This document shows, piece after piece, positions 25,062-32,000 of a stretch of DNA of 32,000 bases. The stretch is from Erysipelotrichaceae bacterium MTC7 (GTDB taxonomy: Bacteria; Bacillota_I; Bacilli_A; Erysipelotrichales; Erysipelotrichaceae): assembly GCA_001695645.1 (NCBI GenBank), contig LVZN01000001.1, positions 240,001-272,000 on the forward strand. The letters run 5' to 3'. A program made the translations under genes and the position numbers. How positions within the stretch are numbered: position 1 is the first letter of the stretch; each line of letters starts with the position of its first letter. Below the pieces are notes generated by a model. It had not been told where the DNA came from. It ran no database searches and saw only the letters and a program-made list of their open reading frames with translations.

Positions 25062-28000
25062 TTATCTTATTTTCTTTGATTTCTTTCTTCTAAGCATTAA
25101 AATACTTGAACCAGATAGACCTAGTAAACATAGAATAAATTCTGTACCCATTACTGAAGTACCCGTATTTATCGATCCGTCATCTCCATTTGCATCGATT
25201 GATGGTAGTTCTTCATTCGGATCAACTTCTGTCCCTGGTTTATCTTCAATTAATACTAACTGCCCCATGGCTTGTTGCAATTGCGCAATTGCTTCTTCAA
25301 TATCTTTTGATGAAGTCGGATTTTCAAGTAATACCTTTGCATTTTCTAAAGCTTCTTTAAACGCTTCTTGTCCTTCTTCTTTATATTGACTTAAGTCAAT
25401 TTTTTCCGCCTCTTTAACAAGTTCTGCTAAGTTCGTAACATCTGGTATTAATTCCAGATTATCAAAAGCTTCTTGTAAGTTACTAACTGCTTCATCAACT
25501 TCAGTTTGTGTAAGCGATACGCTTGCTTGTACTTTTCTTGCAGCATCTAGACATGATAAGAATCTTTCCCGACCTTCTTCAAAATATAAATCGAGATTTA
25601 CTTCACTCATTTCATTGATAATTTGGTCGAGTTCGGATTTATCTAGGACTGTCAACTTAGCATTTGCATCAAGAAGTTTATCATAAGCCTCTTTATATTG
25701 TGCATATGGACTACCTTCTGGTATTGCTTTTGCTACAGATAATGCTTCCTGTAAAACCTTATAGCTATCACTTGTGTATCCATCCTCTTTTATTGCTGAA
25801 AGCTCATCAACTAAGTCACTTAATTCACCAACTATCTTTAATTCCAGAGTTTCTATAGTCTTTTCTAATGCCTTTTGACTATAGCGAACATCACTTTGTA
25901 ATGCATCATCACTATTTAATACATCAAGTGCATCTTTCATAGCTGTAACAAATGGCTTTACGCTTATCTCAGTATACAATTCTTTATTTTCAAGAATACT
26001 TAAACTATCATCATACAATTTTTGTAGTTCAGTTTTATTTAACTCCTCATAAAACTCGAAGTAATCAAGATTCGCAACGTAAGGATTGTTTGAGTCAGCT
26101 CTCATCGTGAAGAAGATTGTATGATCTCCTTTTATTTTCTCAGTAAGTTTTACTGAAGCAACTTCATAACTATTCCAATTGGTTCCAGTAGCAGGAAGTT
26201 GAATTACATCGATTGGTTCATTGTCAAGCGAGTCTAAACGCACTTCAAGTCTAGCATTTTCACCACAACGATTTGAGTTATTCACATATCTTACTCTAAT
26301 TTCATGTAAACCATCATGTGTAAATGCTAGATTTTCAAAAGCTAACCATGCTCCATCGTATGATCCTCCAACATTTACTAAAGAGTTATTATTCGTATCC
26401 GTACTGTTTTCAATTTTTAAATTTCCAGCACTCCAATTAGAATATTTTTCTGCTTCGAAGCGTTCGTATGACTGTGATTCCTTAAATTGCATGTAGTCGA
26501 TATTGGCAATATATGGCTTGTCTACACTAGTTGTTCCATGCATGACAAAATAAATATCATATACGCCATCTAGTTTCACGTCGTCATTAATTTTTTCTTT
26601 AGCAATTGTATAGTTACCCCAACCACTATCATTGGGTTTTAGTTCTACAGTTGCTAAAAGTTCTCCATCGACCGCGTCTTTTCTTACTTCAACGCGACTA
26701 TCTGGTGCGCATCTTCCAGAGTTATTTACATATCGGATATCTATCGTATCAATCAATTGCTGTTCGAAATCCAAAGATTCAAATTTTATCCACGCTCCAT
26801 CATATGTTCCTCCGATGTTCATAGATTCATTTTTCAATCCATTTGCAGACCAGTCATCACTTTTTTCTGCTTCAATACGAACCAAAGCATTTGTACTTCC
26901 TTTCAATTTATCCATTGCATTTGTGATACTTAAATATGCATCTTGAATCTCTTTTTCAGAAGCATTTTCATCACCCAAAACTTGCTTACCATTTTCTATT
27001 GTATCTAGTAATTTATTGTATGTCGAAGTTGTGTAAACCCCTTCCTTTATACTTTCAGCTGTTTTTATCGCATTTTCAAGTTTCGCTTTGTAATTGTTGT
27101 AGAAATCAATGACTAAAGAACTCATTCCTGTTCTAAAACTATTTTGAATAGAGCTTGCTTTACCATTCGTAAATGCTTGATCTTTGAACTCAATAGAAAT
27201 ATCTCTGTCAATATTATGTTCTTTTGCATTTCCATTAAAACTTAATACTACAGTCTTTTCGGATGTCTTTTTTAATAAAGGTGTCAAACCTTCCGGAACA
27301 TTATTAATTTTCACCTTCTCAGTTGCAATAAAGTCTTCACCAATTTCTCCGGTAAATTCTGTTGTTCCTTTTATCGTGATAGTTGTTGTATCCAAAATCG
27401 AACCATTATCCTTGTTGCTTTCGGTTAAGAAATCACTGCTGTAATTTAAAGCATCATCCTGAAACATTACTTTAATATTGTCACGTTTTTTGTAGACACT
27501 TAAAAGTGGTGAATTTACTGCACTATCTTTTATCTCTATGGTTAAATTTCCAATACTATCATTTAGTCCATGTTTCTTTGCCTGACCATGTAAGGAAATT
27601 TCTACTTTCTGAGGAGTAGTTATAATTGCTTTTGCACTCAATCCTTCTGGTAAGTTAGTAATTGCAATTTTCCCTTGTGCATATAAATCTTCACCTATAT
27701 TACCTTCATAATTGAGGCTAGTTAATTCAACTTCTATTTTATCTTCAAAAGTTCCTTTATTTAAATCTGATTCCTCAAACATACTTTTCGAATAAATAAC
27801 CTCATCATCTCTAAGTTGACTCGTACTAACATTATCGCTGCTTGATTTTGCTGGTATTCCGTCTTCAGCCCAAGTTGAAGGACTGTCACCCATTTCAAAC
27901 TTTAATACTCCACCCCTTGTGATTTCTGCATAATCTATCCATGAACGATCTAAGGAATCGCCATTTAATGTTGCAGATTGAATGTAGAAGTTATCCTCTG

Positions 28001-30218
28001 AGACGTTGTTCGCTTCAATTGTAAATGTTTTCCCATCACCTACATCTAGAGTAACTTTTTCAAAGAATGGCGAACCAATTTGAAATGATGTATCTCCTGG
28101 AGTCATTGGATATATACCCATTGCTGCCGCCACATACATAGATGCCATAGTACCAGCATCATCATCCATCGTTTCTAAAAATCCTGATGGATCTAGTTTA
28201 TATGCATAATCATAAATTGGTGGATTAAATTCTCCTGTTCCACTATATCTGTTCCAAGTTTGCTTTGAATAAATTTGTCTTACCCAATACTGTGTTCTAC
28301 TTGGTTTTCCAGCATAATTAAATAGGTATGGAGTATGCAAGTCTATTTCATTTGTGTTTGTATGCAACATAGCTTTCCCATTGTCTGGATCTTGTTCTCC
28401 ATACAATCTTGATAATGCTTTGAGCATGTTTTCCTTACCACCCATAAGATTTTGTAACCCATTCACATCATTCGAATCATACCAAGTATATTGCCATAGC
28501 GTTCCTTGGTAAAGTCCGTTATCGCCATAACGCTCTGGATCTGCATGCTTCCAGTTTCCACTACCATCTTTCGGCCACAATAGACCAATATTATCTCCAT
28601 TCTCTAATGTTACTGCATCTTCTTTGAACAAATTCATATAGTTAAATGAACGATTCAAGAAATATGTAGCTTCATCTTCAAGACCTAAAGAATCTGCGAT
28701 TAATGAGATAGCCCAATCGTCATATGCATATTCGACAGTTCTATCAACTCGATCTTTAATATATCCAAGTGACTCTGCTTCCTGATTTATCGCATCATTT
28801 GCAATAGCTTTTACTTTTTCATAAGCCACTGGCAAATTGTCGATGTCTGTGAAACCTTTAGCAACTGCATCTGCTAATAAAGCAACTGCATGTTCATTCC
28901 GGACTGTTGGGATTGGTTGCGTATTATTCCCCCAAGTAGAGATTCCAGTTTCTAGTGCATCTGCAATAGATCGAACCATATCTTTATATTCATCAGGCAT
29001 AACTAAACCAATCATCGGATATTTACGGTAATCATCCCATAATGTCCAAGAGTCGTAATGTGTATAGTCAGACGCTTCATAGATATTTGTATCCGTGCCA
29101 CGATATGTATTACTTGTACTTGTCGCATTCACTGGTGTTGTAAACATATGATATAAATGAGTATAAAATAATTTTTTTAATCTTCCATCTGGATCACTGG
29201 TTTTTGAGTTTTCTACTTTAATTTTCCCAAGCACTTCATTCCAACTTGCATCTGCATCTGTCCGTGTTTTTTCAAAATCCCATTCTGGCACTTCTGTGTG
29301 CATATCAATCTTTGCTTGCTCGCTACTAATTGGGGAAATACTTACTTTCACTTCAACAGACTCGTTAGCTTCAACATTAAAGTTTAGAATCGCTCCCAAA
29401 TCATTACCTGTCTGTGAAGTCTTTTTGGATAACTTATTATCATTCCACGTTTTTACACTTTCAGTTTCTCTGTTCGTTTCAAGATAAAAGTACATTGTAT
29501 ATTTTCCATGACCACTTACATTTTTTCCGCTAAATCTTCCGGAAATAGTTGTTTTATTACCTGCTTCTTCCACAACATCTAATATTGCATCTCTAATATC
29601 AGTTCCATGATAGGTATAGTTTAAATCAACTAGTAAACTCACTTCGCCTTCTTTTGGAAACGTATATTTATGATATCCAGTTCGAACATCACTCGTCATT
29701 TCCGCTTTTATTTTTCCAATCGACGCATCGTCTTTAACATTACTATTTGTACCACTTTTCGCTAATAATTCTACTCCATAATATCCCGGATGTGCTTCCT
29801 CATCTTGCTTCTCATATTTCAATGCTCTTGATTCCGCACCAGGTCTAGTTGTGTAATCTACGTACGTAGGAGAAATAAGCACATCTCCACCTGCACCTTG
29901 CCCACCGACTCCTTCTATTCTGGTATGAGAAAATCCTTGAATATACTTTTTAGAGTAATCATACCCAGCGTGATCATTTGTTTCATGTGGATATGTATCT
30001 GGACTTAATTTCACAAGTCCATTTGGTGCAACACTTCCAGGGAATAACTGACCATAGTCAACTTCTGTCCCCACAAAAGGGTCCACGTATTGTGTAAAAT
30101 TCTCCTCACTTTCATTTGCCTTTACTTTAAATTCTGATGCCGTTCCAAAAACCAAGCACGTCATCGCCATAACCAAAGTTAAAGCACTTTTCAAAACCTT
30201 CATTGCTTTTGACTTCAT
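25062..30218 (-). CDS. secreted, C-terminally anchored multidomain GH92-family alpha-mannosidase homologue (1718 aa) with two Ig-like repeats, two CBM6/35-like modules and FIVAR-like helical repeats
   Basis: A signal peptide is followed by the classic GH92 N-terminus, VDPFVGTEVDYGQLFPGSVAPNGLVKLSPDT...GFSHTRIEGVGG. Further motifs are WTLWDDYRKYPMIGL, TNEIDLHTPYLFNYAGKPSRTQ, MDDDAGTMASMYVAAAMGIYPMTPG and IGSPFFEK. Two modules start R[IF]EAEK..W and carry GG[ST]YDGAW and RYVNNS motifs. The C-terminus is a hydrophobic stretch plus RRKKSKKIR. Confidence 0.8.
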   Translation of the reverse strand: MKSKAMKVLKSALTLVMAMTCLVFGTASEFKVKANESEENFTQYVDPFVGTEVDYGQLFPGSVAPNGLVKLSPDTYPHETNDHAGYDYSKKYIQGFSHTRIEGVGGQGAGGDVLISPTYVDYTTRPGAESRALKYEKQDEEAHPGYYGVELLAKSGTNSNVKDDASIGKIKAEMTSDVRTGYHKYTFPKEGEVSLLVDLNYTYHGTDIRDAILDVVEEAGNKTTISGRFSGKNVSGHGKYTMYFYLETNRETESVKTWNDNKLSKKTSQTGNDLGAILNFNVEANESVEVKVSISPISSEQAKIDMHTEVPEWDFEKTRTDADASWNEVLGKIKVENSKTSDPDGRLKKLFYTHLYHMFTTPVNATSTSNTYRGTDTNIYEASDYTHYDSWTLWDDYRKYPMIGLVMPDEYKDMVRSIADALETGISTWGNNTQPIPTVRNEHAVALLADAVAKGFTDIDNLPVAYEKVKAIANDAINQEAESLGYIKDRVDRTVEYAYDDWAISLIADSLGLEDEATYFLNRSFNYMNLFKEDAVTLENGDNIGLLWPKDGSGNWKHADPERYGDNGLYQGTLWQYTWYDSNDVNGLQNLMGGKENMLKALSRLYGEQDPDNGKAMLHTNTNEIDLHTPYLFNYAGKPSRTQYWVRQIYSKQTWNRYSGTGEFNPPIYDYAYKLDPSGFLETMDDDAGTMASMYVAAAMGIYPMTPGDTSFQIGSPFFEKVTLDVGDGKTFTIEANNVSEDNFYIQSATLNGDSLDRSWIDYAEITRGGVLKFEMGDSPSTWAEDGIPAKSSSDNVSTSQLRDDEVIYSKSMFEESDLNKGTFEDKIEVELTSLNYEGNIGEDLYAQGKIAITNLPEGLSAKAIITTPQKVEISLHGQAKKHGLNDSIGNLTIEIKDSAVNSPLLSVYKKRDNIKVMFQDDALNYSSDFLTESNKDNGSILDTTTITIKGTTEFTGEIGEDFIATEKVKINNVPEGLTPLLKKTSEKTVVLSFNGNAKEHNIDRDISIEFKDQAFTNGKASSIQNSFRTGMSSLVIDFYNNYKAKLENAIKTAESIKEGVYTTSTYNKLLDTIENGKQVLGDENASEKEIQDAYLSITNAMDKLKGSTNALVRIEAEKSDDWSANGLKNESMNIGGTYDGAWIKFESLDFEQQLIDTIDIRYVNNSGRCAPDSRVEVRKDAVDGELLATVELKPNDSGWGNYTIAKEKINDDVKLDGVYDIYFVMHGTTSVDKPYIANIDYMQFKESQSYERFEAEKYSNWSAGNLKIENSTDTNNNSLVNVGGSYDGAWLAFENLAFTHDGLHEIRVRYVNNSNRCGENARLEVRLDSLDNEPIDVIQLPATGTNWNSYEVASVKLTEKIKGDHTIFFTMRADSNNPYVANLDYFEFYEELNKTELQKLYDDSLSILENKELYTEISVKPFVTAMKDALDVLNSDDALQSDVRYSQKALEKTIETLELKIVGELSDLVDELSAIKEDGYTSDSYKVLQEALSVAKAIPEGSPYAQYKEAYDKLLDANAKLTVLDKSELDQIINEMSEVNLDLYFEEGRERFLSCLDAARKVQASVSLTQTEVDEAVSNLQEAFDNLELIPDVTNLAELVKEAEKIDLSQYKEEGQEAFKEALENAKVLLENPTSSKDIEEAIAQLQQAMGQLVLIEDKPGTEVDPNEELPSIDANGDDGSINTGTSVMGTEFILCLLGLSGSSILMLRRKKSKKIR

Positions 30219-30306
30219 AATACTCCTCCGCCTAATTTAACTTTCTTCTTTTTACTTTTCCAATAGCCCTTTACATTTTTAATCTACCATATCGTCACGA
30301 TCTTTA

Positions 30307-30337
30307 AAGATTCGAATTTTGTAAAATAATGTTACAA
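30307..30337 (-). promoter_or_regulatory. 31-nt conserved operator-like element upstream of the 1718-aa GH92 gene
   Basis: Minus strand reads TTGTAA-CATTATT-TTACAA-AATTCGAATCTT. It abuts the candidate -35 TTTAAA, followed by a 16-nt spacer and the -10 TAGATT. Confidence 0.6.
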
Positions 30338-30422
30338 AAAGTAACCCCTTACAGTTCGATCAAATTTACATTCGTATTCCAAAATGAATCCAACTTATTT
30401 ACATGTTCTCGTATAAAACAAC

Positions 30423-30453
30423 TATAAATCGAATATTTAACTTTAAATTACAA
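30423..30453 (-). promoter_or_regulatory. 31-nt operator-like element, distal degenerate copy
   Basis: Minus strand reads TTGTAA-TTTAAAG-TTAAAT-ATTCGATTTATA, 116 nt upstream of the proximal copy. Confidence 0.35.
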
Positions 30454-30468
30454 TCCCTGCTGGCATTT

Positions 30469-30513
30469 AAAAAAAACACCCCCTTGTCAAGTGATTCCTG
30501 ACATTTGGAGGTG
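30469..30513 (-). terminator. rho-independent terminator after the PRD regulator gene
   Basis: Minus strand reads CACCTCC-aaa-TGTCA-ggaatcact-TGACA-a-GGGGGTG followed by T8. Confidence 0.7.
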
Positions 30514-30533
30514 CTAATTGCAATCTTAAATTT

Positions 30534-32000
30534 TTAGTTATTTTGATCTGCTATGTATTCACATTCAAGTAACAAATCATAAAGTTCATCTGTATTGTCA
30601 CACATTTTTGCCTTATTGATAAAATCCGTTTGTTTAACCATTCGTATTAAACTGATAACTGCTGGTATGTGTTCTCGTTTATCTATACTGGCCAAGCAGA
30701 AAATTAGATTGACGCCTTTATCATCAAAAAATACTTTCTTTTTATTTACAATCAACGACATGCCGGTTCTATTTACACCTGCGGTGTGATCACCATGTAA
30801 AAGCGAAAACATGTCATCTGTAATTGCATAGAATCCCATATTTTTCATCGTTTCTATAATATTCATTTCGTAGATTGTACTAATATAGTTATTATCAATC
30901 AGTATCTTGGCACTCTCGTGTACAGCTTCTTCCCACTCCATATCTTGCTCTACAAGACTTACCATATTTCTCGTTAAGATGTCACTTAACTTGTTAATCT
31001 TTGTGGGTTGTGCGGTTTCATGCAATCCCAGTCCAGATTGTATAACTTGTAAAACCTTTAATCGATCTGTATCATTCAAAAAATCCAGGTTCTTATTGAT
31101 TGTATAATAATTCTTTAGAATACTCTTCTTGGGAATTCCCAGCTTGTCAATTTTATTGTAATCCTCCTCTTTAAATATAGGATTCACCAATATTACTTTT
31201 TTGGGCACAAAAGTGTCAATTCTTGAAGCACTGATAACCATATCAACTTCATCCCATCGCATAAATGTATCTAACTTGTAGACGGGAATGATATCAACAA
31301 CTTGAATTTGATATTGTGTAATTAGAGATTCTTTCATTAGCATCGTTGTGCCATAGCCAAAACCACACACCAATAAGACTCTTTTTATCATTGTTTGTTG
31401 TGTACGTTTGATACTAGCAATAAAATGGATTGTCAAATATGTAATTTCATCTTCGTTCTGAATTGTATTAAGAATATCAATATTCTTAATAACGCGACAG
31501 ACAAGTTCATAAATCTCTAGTTCTTTAGTCGACAACAGCGACAATGATCCATCACTCATCGATACATTCCCTTCTAAACGAACTAACAAATACTCCATAT
31601 GATTCATCAATCCTTCAAACAAAATAGAATCATTGTCGAAAGGTATTTGTGTTTGTAAAGCCATATCACGTATCAAATGTCGAACAATTTTTTCAACTTG
31701 ATCTATGTTAATTGCACGCCTGTAGTGATTGTATTTATGTGTGTAGTTAAAAGCTCTAACGATAATTTTACGCAACTTGGGAGAAATGTTCTTTCCAACG
31801 ATCAACTCCAAATCCTTTAGCGGTTCTTCAAACACACTTAAATCAAATCCATTGATGGCATTTACCTCCATGGGATGCTCACGATTGTGTTCGACATGCC
31901 ATAAAACAATGAAAATATTCGCGACAAACCATTGATACGATTCATCTGTAATTGTATAATTCATTGATTCCAACAATTCATTAAACCACTGTATGATGTG
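30534..32000 (-). CDS. PRD-domain transcriptional activator of the ManR/MtlR/LicR type (PRD-PRD-EIIB-like-EIIA-like); N-terminus lies beyond the window edge
   Basis: The reading frame stays open to position 32000 (HIIQWFNELLESMNY...), so the listed TTG start is an artefact. The EIIB-like segment is RVLLVCGFGYGTTMLMKESL. The C-terminal EIIA_2-like segment contains LLHGDH. The helical PRD-like region has conserved His residues. Confidence 0.75.
   Translation of the reverse strand, partial: HIIQWFNELLESMNYTITDESYQWFVANIFIVLWHVEHNREHPMEVNAINGFDLSVFEEPLKDLELIVGKNISPKLRKIIVRAFNYTHKYNHYRRAINIDQVEKIVRHLIRDMALQTQIPFDNDSILFEGLMNHMEYLLVRLEGNVSMSDGSLSLLSTKELEIYELVCRVIKNIDILNTIQNEDEITYLTIHFIASIKRTQQTMIKRVLLVCGFGYGTTMLMKESLITQYQIQVVDIIPVYKLDTFMRWDEVDMVISASRIDTFVPKKVILVNPIFKEEDYNKIDKLGIPKKSILKNYYTINKNLDFLNDTDRLKVLQVIQSGLGLHETAQPTKINKLSDILTRNMVSLVEQDMEWEEAVHESAKILIDNNYISTIYEMNIIETMKNMGFYAITDDMFSLLHGDHTAGVNRTGMSLIVNKKKVFFDDKGVNLIFCLASIDKREHIPAVISLIRMVKQTDFINKAKMCDNTDELYDLLLECEYIADQNN

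Noticed and set aside
1-32000. Scan for CRISPR arrays, IS elements, prophage genes, toxin-antitoxin pairs and known defence-system gene sets
   Set aside because: I found no regularly spaced short direct repeats, no transposase or integrase-like ORFs, and no compact two-gene cassettes of the toxin-antitoxin type. The only DNA repeats are the in-gene FIVAR repeats and the 31-nt regulatory element.

Overview
AT-rich, low-GC Bacillota-type chromosomal segment (GGAGG-type RBSs, T-box leaders, PTS genes, hairpin plus T-run terminators). Nearly all genes are on the minus strand. No integrase, transposase, CRISPR array or phage genes are visible.

Gene order, left to right:
- asrB (partial) and asrA, anaerobic sulfite reductase.
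- A divergent LysR regulator interrupted by one in-frame TGA.
- A MarR regulator, convergent with a P-type ATPase.
- A Cof-type HAD phosphatase, a small membrane protein, an S8 peptidase lipoprotein, a VOC/glyoxalase protein and a second small membrane protein.
- A COG2984/COG4120/COG1101-type ABC transporter with two paralogous binding-protein genes.
- A TIM-barrel sugar-phosphate isomerase/epimerase, tRNA-Asn and an IMPase-family protein.
- A tRNA-Leu/Cys/Leu cluster and methionine aminopeptidase.
- A roughly 15 kb glycan locus.

Two regions stand out.
1. Glycan locus (16999..32000). It holds two very large secreted, C-terminally anchored GH92-like alpha-mannosidase homologues of 1846 and 1718 aa, with CBM32/CBM6-like and FIVAR modules. 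They flank a fructose/mannose-family PTS IIA-IIC-IIB operon, and a ManR/MtlR-type PRD activator sits next to them. All three transcription units carry the same 31-nt element (TTGTAA-N7-TTACAA followed by a TTC..ATCTT box) abutting their predicted -35 regions.
2. ABC transporter (8999..13284). Each binding-protein gene has its own sigma-A promoter and its own T-box leader. I read the specifier codons as UUC (Phe) for the upstream gene and UAC (Tyr) for the downstream gene plus permease and ATPase.

All calls come from reading the sequence and from family knowledge. No searches or folding programs were run.
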